Below are positions 9,487 to 18,020 of a DNA stretch of 37,320 nucleotides, one piece after another. Origin of the DNA: an uncultured Bacilli bacterium (lineage in GTDB: Bacteria > Bacillota_I > Bacilli_A > RF39 > UBA660); assembly GCA_944367495.1 (NCBI GenBank), contig CALVWP010000058.1, positions 1 to 37,320 on the forward strand, given 5' to 3'. The notes under the pieces were generated by a model. That model saw only the letters and a list, made by a program, of their open reading frames with translations, did no database searches and was not told the origin of the DNA. Numbering within the stretch: the first letter of the stretch is position 1; every line of letters begins with the position of its first letter. A program made the translations under genes and the position numbers.

Positions 9487-9915
9487 TTATATACGAAAAG
9501 AAATTTTGTTTACAATTTTTGAATTAACTTCCTCAAACATTTCTAAAAGATTTTTATCATTTTCAAAACATCTGAGAATTTTATGTAAAGTAACTTCATC
9601 AGCATTTTTTATAAATTCATCAAGTGTATCATCTTGATTCGCCATATATAAATCTAAAAAAGCTTCATCTTCCCTTTGATGACAATATACCATAATCGCA
9701 TTAGATAAAATATTTAAAGCATAATTTTTTTCACAAAGCTCAAAAAAATTTAATAAATCCCAAGCGGTTTGATAATCTAAAGATTTTAACTTTTTATCTA
9801 AAGAAGAACCATCATTTAAAACTTCTAAAAGCTCATCAATTAATGTTTCAAATTCTACTAACTTTTCATTAAAATAAACAATATCAATATTTTTTTTTGG
9901 CTTAATTTCAAGCAT
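9487..9915 (-). CDS. Hypothetical helical protein
   Basis: ATG 9915 (MLEIKPKK) after the GAGGGA RBS; no recognisable motif. Confidence 0.6.
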   Translation of the reverse strand: MLEIKPKKNIDIVYFNEKLVEFETLIDELLEVLNDGSSLDKKLKSLDYQTAWDLLNFFELCEKNYALNILSNAIMVYCHQREDEAFLDLYMANQDDTLDEFIKNADEVTLHKILRCFENDKNLLEMFEEVNSKIVNKISFRI

Positions 9916-9980
9916 ACTATTCCCTCTTTCGAAATTATATAATACCATTATCAAAATAAAAGTCAAATTAAAAGAGAAAA

Positions 9981-11174
9981 TTAAATAATTTCCTCTTTAA
10001 TATTAGGATTTTTTAAAACCTCAATTAATTTGTCAATTTCTTCTTTCGAATTATAAAAATATAAACTAATCCTACATGTGTTTTTAATATGTATCTCTTC
10101 TTTTAAAATTTTCGCACAATGATTTCCTGCTCTTGTACATATATTATATTTATCTAAATAAATAGACAAATCTTGTGGAAAAATACCATCATAATTAATC
10201 GTGACAATTCCACTTTGACTATGAGCATTATAAATAGTAATCTCAGGAATTTCTTCTAACTTCTCAACAAAATATTTTTTTAACTCTATTTCATATTTGT
10301 GAATATTTTCAAACCCAATATCAAGCAAATACTTAATTATATAACCAAAACCGATAACTCCAGCAATATTAGGTGTTCCAGCTTCTAATCTATCAGGCAT
10401 TGTTTTATAAATGCGCGTTCCGTCATGATTAAAATCCGCATTCATACCTCCGCCAAAAATAATTGGTTTAATATCATTTAATAATTCTTCTTTACCATAT
10501 AAAATACCTACACCTGTAGGGCCACACATTTTATGGGCTGAAAAAGCTAAAAAATCAATATCTAAATCTTGAACATCAACTTTCAAATGAGGTACACTTT
10601 GAGCTCCATCAACTAAAACTAAAATATTATTTTTATGAGCCAGTTTAATAATATCTTTGATCGGTCTAACATCTCCAACCACATTACTTATATGTGCAAT
10701 CGAAATAACTTTAGTTTTATTAGTAATTCCTTTTTCCACATTTTCCATTAAAACCTCATGATTATCGTCAAGATCAATATATTTAATTTTTAAACCAAGT
10801 CTATCAGCTAATTCAAACCAAGGAAGTAAATTAGAAGCGTGCTCACTCATAGTTAACAACACCTCATCACCTTTTTTTAACTTATCGGCAAAGTAACCAA
10901 AAACAATTTTATTAATCGAATCTGTCGTACCACTAGTAAAAGCAATTTCTGAAGCTTTCCTCGCATTAATTAAATCTTTAACTAAATACCTTGTCTCTTC
11001 ATATTTCTGACTAGCTTTAATACTTAAAGCATAATCACCCCTATGTGCATTTGAGCTATAATTATCATAATAATCACTAATCGCTTCACCTAAAATTTTT
11101 GGTTTTAAAGTCGTTGCGCCATTATCAAAATAAATAATTCCTGAATTTAAAATATTAAAATCCTCTCGGTGCAT
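9981..11174 (-). CDS. sufS: Cysteine desulfurase SufS
   Basis: YFDNGATT, DGAQS, SAHKMCGP (PLP Lys), RAGNHCA. ATG 11174 after GGAGGTG. Confidence 0.95.
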   Translation of the reverse strand: MHREDFNILNSGIIYFDNGATTLKPKILGEAISDYYDNYSSNAHRGDYALSIKASQKYEETRYLVKDLINARKASEIAFTSGTTDSINKIVFGYFADKLKKGDEVLLTMSEHASNLLPWFELADRLGLKIKYIDLDDNHEVLMENVEKGITNKTKVISIAHISNVVGDVRPIKDIIKLAHKNNILVLVDGAQSVPHLKVDVQDLDIDFLAFSAHKMCGPTGVGILYGKEELLNDIKPIIFGGGMNADFNHDGTRIYKTMPDRLEAGTPNIAGVIGFGYIIKYLLDIGFENIHKYEIELKKYFVEKLEEIPEITIYNAHSQSGIVTINYDGIFPQDLSIYLDKYNICTRAGNHCAKILKEEIHIKNTCRISLYFYNSKEEIDKLIEVLKNPNIKEEII

Positions 11175-11178
11175 CCTA

Positions 11179-11973
11179 TCACCTCCAATACTTATCAATA
11201 ATACTTTCTAAAGTATCTTTATAATAACTTATACCATTTAAAAGAAATCCTTTAGTAAGTAATTTTTGAGCATCTGTTTGTGCAATACCTCTGCTCATCA
11301 AATAAAAAATCTCATCAGCTGAAAATGTTCCAATAAGGGCACTGTGACTTGCTACCACATCTTCCTCATCGATAAATAAATTTGGTTTTATCACACATAA
11401 ATTTTCTGTCATATTAATGATTCTACCACTTTGACTCACATCACATCCAGTATTTCCTTTAGGAACAAACCCAGACACGTTAAATTCTAATGTACCATCT
11501 AAAATATTAACCCCATTATTTACTATGTGACTTACCGTATTATTCGCATTATGATAAACTAAAAAATTATATTTTTCTATATCTTTGCTTATCGTCTTTA
11601 AATTAAAGTTAGCTTTGGCATATTCCCCATTTAAATTAATTAAATTCATCTCGGTAACTTGCTTGCCGTCATGCACTTTTTCAATATTTAAATAAGCTTT
11701 CTGTTCTAAATAATATTTATACTGACATTTATATTCTCCATCATGTTTATATTCGTAAATATTAACTTTAACCCCTTTTAAAACATTAATATAAAAATCT
11801 AATTTTATAGATATTTCACCTTCGTCAATTATAATATCTGTATCTTTTAAAACTTTAATTTTCACACTTTGAACATTCAAAAATTTACTAGCTTCTCCTA
11901 TACTAACTTCTACTGAATCATTACTTTCTATTTTAATATCTTCGCCGTAAATTGTAATCTTATTCATCATCAT
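11179..11973 (-). CDS. sufD: SufD-type Fe-S assembly protein (short)
   Basis: PNLFIDEEDVVASHSALIG...FYLMSRGI C-terminal motif; lies between sufC and sufS. Confidence 0.85.
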   Translation of the reverse strand: MMMNKITIYGEDIKIESNDSVEVSIGEASKFLNVQSVKIKVLKDTDIIIDEGEISIKLDFYINVLKGVKVNIYEYKHDGEYKCQYKYYLEQKAYLNIEKVHDGKQVTEMNLINLNGEYAKANFNLKTISKDIEKYNFLVYHNANNTVSHIVNNGVNILDGTLEFNVSGFVPKGNTGCDVSQSGRIINMTENLCVIKPNLFIDEEDVVASHSALIGTFSADEIFYLMSRGIAQTDAQKLLTKGFLLNGISYYKDTLESIIDKYWR

Positions 11974-12706
11974 TACCTACTTTGTCATAACCCTCTTGTT
12001 CAATTTTTAATGCCAAAGACTTATCACCACTACATGCAATATGACCATCTTTCATAATATGTATATAATCAGGCTTAATATAATCTAGTAATCTTTGATA
12101 ATGTGTCACTAATAAAATAGCTGGTTTTCTCTCATTATAATAATCCATAACAGCCTCGCCAACTAATTTTAAACTGTCAACATCAAGTCCCGAATCGATC
12201 TCATCTAATAAAACAACATCTGGTTTTAAAACGTTCATTTGTAATATTTCATTTTTTTTACGCTCACCACCTGAAAATCCTGCATTTACTCCTCTATGAA
12301 TCATCTCTTTATTCATATGTAACTTTTCAGTATAACTTTCGACCTCTCTAATAAACGGTAACAATTTAAAATTATCACCTTCTTTAGCTCTAAGCGCGCT
12401 TCTTAAAAAATCAGCATTACTAACTCCCTCTATCTCAAGTGGCATCTGCATTCCTAAAAATATTCCCATTTTTGCTCTTTCATTAACCGGCATCTTTATA
12501 ATATTTTTTCCATCATAAATTATCTTACCACTAGTAACCTCATAATTAGTATCTCCCATAATAACTTTCGTTAAAGTACTCTTGCCAGTTCCATTTGGAC
12601 CCATAATCGCATGAATCTCTCCAGCCTTAATTTCTAAAGTAAAATTTTTTAAAATAGTTTTCTCACCGGCTTTAACTGTTAAATTTTCTATTTTTAAATT
12701 TTTCAT
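11960..12706 (-). CDS. sufC: Fe-S assembly ATPase SufC
   Basis: MGPNGTGKST, FSGGERKKNEILQ, LDEIDSGLDVD, THYQRLLDY. Confidence 0.97.
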   Translation of the reverse strand: MKNLKIENLTVKAGEKTILKNFTLEIKAGEIHAIMGPNGTGKSTLTKVIMGDTNYEVTSGKIIYDGKNIIKMPVNERAKMGIFLGMQMPLEIEGVSNADFLRSALRAKEGDNFKLLPFIREVESYTEKLHMNKEMIHRGVNAGFSGGERKKNEILQMNVLKPDVVLLDEIDSGLDVDSLKLVGEAVMDYYNERKPAILLVTHYQRLLDYIKPDYIHIMKDGHIACSGDKSLALKIEQEGYDKVGNDDE

Positions 12707-12796
12707 TTTCAATCACCACCTATTATTCTAACATTTTTTAACTTTTTTTTATATATTTTTCCCAAATTAATGATAAAATAATTATGGGTGATAAAT

Positions 12797-13162
12797 ATGG
12801 ATTGTATATTTTGTAAAATAATTAATGGAGAAATTCCTTCATACACAATTTACGAAGATGAAATAGTAAAAGTTTTCTTAGATGTTAACCCTGACGTTAA
12901 TGGTCACTGTCTAATTATTCCTAAAAAACATTATCAAGACTTATTCGATATTGATAATCAAACCCTAATACATATTATGGACACCGCTCGCAAAATAGAA
13001 AAACTTTTAAATGACAAATTACACATCGACGGCCTTACTTTAGTTCAAAATAATGGTCTAAAACAAGAAGTTAAACACTTTCATCTTCACCTAAAACCAC
13101 AATACAAAAATGAAGAAAAATTACTCAAAGTAGAAGAAGTATACGAAAAAATAAGCAACTGA
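12797..13162 (+). CDS. hit: HIT family hydrolase
   Basis: MDCIFCKII N-terminus and HFHLH histidine triad. Confidence 0.93.
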   Translation: MDCIFCKIINGEIPSYTIYEDEIVKVFLDVNPDVNGHCLIIPKKHYQDLFDIDNQTLIHIMDTARKIEKLLNDKLHIDGLTLVQNNGLKQEVKHFHLHLKPQYKNEEKLLKVEEVYEKISN

Positions 13163-13164
13163 GC

Positions 13165-13962
13165 TTATTTTCTTTTTTTACCTTTAGTTGGTCTTTTCTT
13201 TACCTTTTGTACACTCTGTTTTACCTCTCCCATTTTTCCAATCGGTGATGGTGATACTTCAAATAATTTATTTAAACCTTCTTTAGTTGAAACATCAATT
13301 CTAATCCACTTATTATTCTTTAAATAATAAACCTCTGGATACCCATATTTATTAAGTTCCACTTTCAAATTAGGATTACCTTCCATTCTAACTCTCGCTG
13401 CTTCAAAAAATCCTCGATAAAGTGCATCTGCATTCCTTTGAAAAACCGTCACTAATTTTTTATTTAAAGGAAATCTTACATTTTCTTTATTCATTTTTAG
13501 TAGTGCTCCAAATTCATCATAAGTTACCATAAAAGAATGCATATTTTTCCTAGGATAATATCTTTTTTCACCTAAAGAATCAACATAATCTTGACACCAT
13601 AAATCATATGGTTTTTTTTGTTTAGCTCTAGCCACACCATAAAATCCTTTAGTATCAATATCATAAAAACCACTATCATCCCTAAGTAACATCCAAGCTG
13701 GGTGATTTCTAATCACAAAATTTCTTTCATTTTTATCTAACTTTAAAATATTTCCACTTTGTCTAATCAAATCGACAGCTCCCTCACATAAATAAAGTTG
13801 CTGCGTCAAATCTTTACTAGGTATATCATAAAGTTTACCATCTAAATAAACTTTTTCAATATAATTTTCCCCATTTTCTAGTTGACTCATTTTTAATAAA
13901 GCTACATCACATTTATTAAATAACCCAAAAATAGCATTCATTTCTTCTTTGCTTAATTTCAC
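13165..13962 (-). CDS. Hypothetical protein with a basic C-terminal tail
   Basis: 265 aa ORF, GTG start after GGAGAGGG; no recognised family. Confidence 0.65.
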   Translation of the reverse strand: MKLSKEEMNAIFGLFNKCDVALLKMSQLENGENYIEKVYLDGKLYDIPSKDLTQQLYLCEGAVDLIRQSGNILKLDKNERNFVIRNHPAWMLLRDDSGFYDIDTKGFYGVARAKQKKPYDLWCQDYVDSLGEKRYYPRKNMHSFMVTYDEFGALLKMNKENVRFPLNKKLVTVFQRNADALYRGFFEAARVRMEGNPNLKVELNKYGYPEVYYLKNNKWIRIDVSTKEGLNKLFEVSPSPIGKMGEVKQSVQKVKKRPTKGKKRK

Positions 13963-14088
13963 TATAATCCCTCTCCTTCAAAACAACGTATATAATACAC
14001 ATAAAGCATTAAATTGTCAAATATAAACATTTGCCATATTCATGAAATAATTTTCCTCATATCATAAACTAGATAAGGGGGAAAGAAA

Positions 14089-14361
14089 ATGTTTAGAAAA
14101 AATTTTGGCTTTGCAAAACCAATGGATGAATGTTGCCGTCCTGAGCCAAACTGTCCTATTATGGAACCAGTCATCACAAACTGTGTTGAAAGAGAGTTTT
14201 GCCACGAAGTAAAACATGTATGTCCAATTCACACCCATGTAATCAACAAACATATTTATAATCACACTTACACTCCTGAATACTCATGTTCTGAAGAAAA
14301 TCAAATTATCAACAATGATCCAGGATGTTGCTGTAACAAATTTAATAACAATGGCTTCTAG
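14089..14361 (+). CDS. cotD: CotD-like Cys/His-rich spore coat protein
   Basis: PIMEPV...HEVKHVCPIHTHVINKHIYNHTYTP resembles the CotD core. AAGGGGG RBS; CATATCATA sporulation-type -10 upstream. Confidence 0.7.
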   Translation: MFRKNFGFAKPMDECCRPEPNCPIMEPVITNCVEREFCHEVKHVCPIHTHVINKHIYNHTYTPEYSCSEENQIINNDPGCCCNKFNNNGF

Positions 14362-14402
14362 GCCATTGTTAATTTATATCAATAGTTTTTTAGCTTGAAA
14401 AT

Positions 14403-14443
14403 AGTTATGCCTAGTATACTTTCATACTAGGCAAACTTTTTTT
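14403..14443. terminator. Terminator hairpin between the convergent cotD-like gene and ffh
   Basis: TGCCTAGTAT-ACTTTC-ATACTAGGCA perfect 10-bp stem with a T-tract on the plus side. Confidence 0.75.
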
Positions 14444-15749
14444 AAAAAGGCATTTTAAAATTTCCACTTTGCATTCTCTTAACCATAACTTTCATTTGGT
14501 CAAACTGCTTCAAAAGTCGGTTAACCTCTTCCACACTTCTACCACTACCACTCGCGATTCTTCTTTTTCTGCTGGCTTTTAATATATCAGGATTTCGTCT
14601 TTCCTCTAAAGTCATCGATAAAATAATCGCTTCTATATGAGCCATTTGTTTAGGATCAATACTCATATTACTTAAACCCATTTTTTTAGCTCCCGGTATT
14701 AACTTAATCAAATTCTCTAGTGGTCCTAATTTTTTTATTTGATGTAATTGATTTAAAAAATCCTCTAAATCAAATTTACCTTTTTGTAATTTTTTAGCCG
14801 CCCTTAATGCTTCCTCTTCATCAAAAACACCTTCAGCTTTTTCGATCATTCCCATCAAGTCGCCCATATCAAGTATTCTGTTAGCCATTCTCTCAGGATG
14901 AAAAACTTCTAAGCCATCCATTTTTTCAGAAACACCAATAAACTTAATTGGAATATTTGTTAAATGTCTAATTGATAAAGCTGCTCCACCTTTAGTATCA
15001 CCATCTAATTTAGTTAAAACAGCACCCGTTAAAGGTAAACATTCATTAAAACCAGTAATAACATTAACCGCATCTTGTCCCATCATACTATCGATAACAA
15101 GTAAAATTTCATTAGGTTTAACTTCCTCATTAATATTTTGAAGCTCTTCCATTAACTCTTCATCAATATGTAATCTTCCAGCCGTATCTATCAAAACATA
15201 ATTATAACCATTTTCCTTCGCATAATTAATCGCATTTTTCGCAATTTTGGTCGGATTACCCTTACCCTCTGAATATACTTCAATATTTAACTCTTTACCT
15301 AATTGCTTTAATTGATCAATAGCTGCCGGTCTATAAACATCACAGGCTACCATCAAAGGCTTCATTCCATATTTTTTCCTTAAAAGTAAAGCAAGTTTAC
15401 CCGTAGTTGTTGTTTTACCAGAACCTTGAAGTCCGCACATCATCAAAATAGTTAAAGGTTTAACAACAATTAAAGGCTCATCTTCTTTACCAAGTAAATC
15501 AACTAGTTCATCCTTAACTATTTTTACAAAAACCTCACCCGGTTTTAAACTTTTTTTAACTTCTTCACCTAAAGCTTTTTCTTTAACATTATTAATAAAT
15601 TCTTTAACAACCTTATAGTTAACATCTGCTTCTAATAAAGCCAGTCTAATCTCTCTTGTAACTTCTCCAATATTATCTTCCGTTATCTTCCCATAACCTT
15701 TTATTTTATTTAAAGCATTTTGTAGTCTATCTCCTAAATTTTCAAACAT
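14442..15749 (-). CDS. ffh: Signal recognition particle protein Ffh
   Basis: MFENLGDRL start (ATG 15749), GLQGSGKTTT, DTAGR, TKLDG, M-domain. Confidence 0.98.
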   Translation of the reverse strand: MFENLGDRLQNALNKIKGYGKITEDNIGEVTREIRLALLEADVNYKVVKEFINNVKEKALGEEVKKSLKPGEVFVKIVKDELVDLLGKEDEPLIVVKPLTILMMCGLQGSGKTTTTGKLALLLRKKYGMKPLMVACDVYRPAAIDQLKQLGKELNIEVYSEGKGNPTKIAKNAINYAKENGYNYVLIDTAGRLHIDEELMEELQNINEEVKPNEILLVIDSMMGQDAVNVITGFNECLPLTGAVLTKLDGDTKGGAALSIRHLTNIPIKFIGVSEKMDGLEVFHPERMANRILDMGDLMGMIEKAEGVFDEEEALRAAKKLQKGKFDLEDFLNQLHQIKKLGPLENLIKLIPGAKKMGLSNMSIDPKQMAHIEAIILSMTLEERRNPDILKASRKRRIASGSGRSVEEVNRLLKQFDQMKVMVKRMQSGNFKMPF

Positions 15750-15765
15750 TTTTATCACCCATATC

Positions 15766-15794
15766 ATTATACTCAAAGCCAAAGAAAAAAGCAA
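15766..15794 (-). promoter_or_regulatory. SigA promoter of ffh; -35 overlaps the upstream terminator
   Basis: TTGCTT-17-TATAAT. Confidence 0.6.
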
Positions 15795-15813
15795 ACGTCA
15801 TTTAACGCTTGCT
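15785..15813 (-). terminator. Intrinsic terminator of the putative DGR target gene
   Basis: AGCAAGCGTT-AAAT-GACGTTTGCT stem (two G-U pairs) followed by a U-tract. Confidence 0.7.
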
Positions 15814-15817
15814 ATAA

Positions 15818-16678
15818 CTATTCTTCTATTATGAAAGGACTATCTTCAGTTCCGTTTCCACTCAAGCTGATATCAGAGCTTAGAGTAATGGCGGGACGAA
15901 CCGCACGAGCATCATACGCGTTGCTGCCGCGCAAACTGCCGTTGCTGCCCACGCAAAAGACGCCGTCAGAACTACTGGCATTAGGCGATATTGCCCAATA
16001 ACGAGTTCCTTTAAATAACCAATTCGTTGTTTTACATGTACTATAGTTACTATTATTTAAACTTAAATTACCACATAATTCTGTATTTGTATTTGCTCTT
16101 AAATATTCACTGACTGTAATGAGTCCTACACTGGCTGTCTGTGACTGCGTTCCATTTTCATCTGCTATTTGACCAGCTAAATCATCATTGTCATAAGTTA
16201 GTCCCCCTATACTCCATGTACTAGGTACTATCTTGTCTTTATTTGCTGTTATACTCTCTAAATATTCACCATTTAAATATGTCTTCATATCTGAAGTTTC
16301 CCATACATTACTATTTTCTAAATCAAAATCAAATGATCTATTTGAAAGTACTTCATTTCTAACAATCTTTATTCTACCATCAGCTTCTACTGATAATATT
16401 CGCCATGTTTCATTGTTAAAGGTTATATAATTATTTGGATTAGCTCCTTTATAAAAGTATCTTCCACTTTCATATTCATCTTGATATAATCCGTCTCCCT
16501 CGGTAACAACCAAATCTTTTAAATCTTCGATAGTTACTGAATTATCTTTCACATTTCCTTTAGCTCTTAAACTAAGCTGGGTATTAAAAGCGGCATATCC
16601 TACACATAAACATAAAAGCAAGCAAAGTGAACTTATTATAATTATTTTTTTCTGTTTTTTTAAATTTCTTCTTCTCAT
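15818..16678 (-). CDS. Exported/surface protein with a DUF6273-like, C-type-lectin-fold-like C-terminal domain; putative DGR target
   Basis: Basic-hydrophobic N-terminus ending in GYAAF; YFYKGANPNNYITFNNETWRIL; VGLITVSEY; C-terminal YWAISP...V...G.L....A.....VRPAITL...GNGTEDSPF. Confidence 0.8.
   Translation of the reverse strand: MRRRNLKKQKKIIIISSLCLLLCLCVGYAAFNTQLSLRAKGNVKDNSVTIEDLKDLVVTEGDGLYQDEYESGRYFYKGANPNNYITFNNETWRILSVEADGRIKIVRNEVLSNRSFDFDLENSNVWETSDMKTYLNGEYLESITANKDKIVPSTWSIGGLTYDNDDLAGQIADENGTQSQTASVGLITVSEYLRANTNTELCGNLSLNNSNYSTCKTTNWLFKGTRYWAISPNASSSDGVFCVGSNGSLRGSNAYDARAVRPAITLSSDISLSGNGTEDSPFIIEE
15890..16006 (-). other. Putative DGR variable region (VR)
   Basis: 51/80 GC over 15891-15970 versus 12/60 at 16021-16080 in the same gene. 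Codons GAC GGC gtc ttt TGC gtg GGC AGC AAC ggc AGT ttg CGC GGC AGC AAC gcg TAT GAT GCT CGT gcg gtt cgt ccc fit adenine mutagenesis of AAC/AAT codons. Confidence 0.8.
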
Positions 16679-16750
16679 AAAAATACTCTCCTTTATTATC
16701 TATTTAAATTATAACTAATATTCTACCATTTTTCAATAAAAAAAGGTTTT

Positions 16751-17581
16751 TTATAAAACCTGAGCAAATACAAAATAAAATAAAACTATTATACCTAAAA
16801 CTATTCTATACCAGCCAAACACTTTAAAATCATGTTTTTTAATATAACCCATCAAAAATTTAATGATAAACATGGAAGTTATAAAAGCAACTACCATGCC
16901 CACTAATAATATTGCCAGTTCCATGCCAGTAAAAGCAAATGAAAACTTAATTAATTTTAAAAGTGATGCTCCAAACATAACTGGAATAGCTAAAAAGAAA
17001 GTAAATTCAGCTGCCACTGTTCTAGAAACACCTAAAAGTAATGCCCCTACAATAGTTGCCCCTGATCTTGATGTTCCCGGAAATATTGCCGCAATAAGCT
17101 GAAATATACCAATTAAAAGTACGGTATTATAAGATAGTTCTTTTAAAGAATTAATTTTAGAATTTTTACCTTTATTTTTATTTTCAATAATTATAAACAA
17201 AATACCAAAAACAATTAAAGCAATTGCCACACATACATAATTATAAAATAATTTTTCAAATACTTCGTCAAATAAAAGTCCAATAATTGCTGCTGGCACA
17301 CAAGCCACTATTATTTTACCCCATAAAGACATTATATTATTATCTATTTTAATTTTATTATTTTCTTTTTTAAAAGGAAAAATTTGTTTCCAAAATATAA
17401 TCACCACAGCCATAATAGCCCCTAATTGTATGACAACTTGAAACATATCATAAAAATCTTTAGAAACATCTAACTTAACAAGTTCATTAAGTAAAATCAT
17501 ATGACCAGTACTACTAATTGGAAGCCATTCCGTAATACCTTCCACTATACCAAAAAATATCGCTTTAATTATCTCTAACAT
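16751..17581 (-). CDS. uppP: Undecaprenyl-diphosphatase UppP (BacA)
   Basis: GIVEGITEWLPISSTGH and PGTSRSGATI. Confidence 0.97.
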   Translation of the reverse strand: MLEIIKAIFFGIVEGITEWLPISSTGHMILLNELVKLDVSKDFYDMFQVVIQLGAIMAVVIIFWKQIFPFKKENNKIKIDNNIMSLWGKIIVACVPAAIIGLLFDEVFEKLFYNYVCVAIALIVFGILFIIIENKNKGKNSKINSLKELSYNTVLLIGIFQLIAAIFPGTSRSGATIVGALLLGVSRTVAAEFTFFLAIPVMFGASLLKLIKFSFAFTGMELAILLVGMVVAFITSMFIIKFLMGYIKKHDFKVFGWYRIVLGIIVLFYFVFAQVL

Positions 17582-17582
17582 A

Positions 17583-18020
17583 TCATCCCTCGCATTCTAT
17601 ATTCTCATCTCTCATTTTATTAAAAAACCTAATTGAATTTTTTCTAATCATAAATTCATCTAATATATCATCAGAAAGTTTTGGAACATCTAAATAATAT
17701 TTGACTTCCCATTCATCATCTTCATCTTTAGAAACTGTTATCTTAATGTTTTTATCACCCGCATATTTTTCATTAAATAAAGTCGCACTTTCTTTAATAT
17801 CTTTTAAAATGTTATTACCTTCTTCATTTAAAGATTTATAGTCTCTTATAACTGTAGCTTCTTTCACTACATCTTCATTATCATAAATAACTTGAATACT
17901 ATAAGTATCTTTAATATTTTCACTTTTTTTAACTGAAGTGCAAGTTTTTTCAAAATCCTCATTACTCACAATACATCCCGTTAAACATAAACAAAATAAA
18001 CAAATTAAAATTTTTTTCAT
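17583..18020 (-). CDS. Hypothetical lipoprotein
   Basis: MKKILICLFCLCLTGC lipobox. Confidence 0.75.
   Translation of the reverse strand: MKKILICLFCLCLTGCIVSNEDFEKTCTSVKKSENIKDTYSIQVIYDNEDVVKEATVIRDYKSLNEEGNNILKDIKESATLFNEKYAGDKNIKITVSKDEDDEWEVKYYLDVPKLSDDILDEFMIRKNSIRFFNKMRDENIECEG

Noticed and set aside
15890-16006. GC-rich patch as a horizontally inserted fragment or RNA gene
   Set aside because: It is in frame, encodes the expected conserved C-terminal motif, and its GC excess follows a codon-position pattern better explained by DGR mutagenesis.
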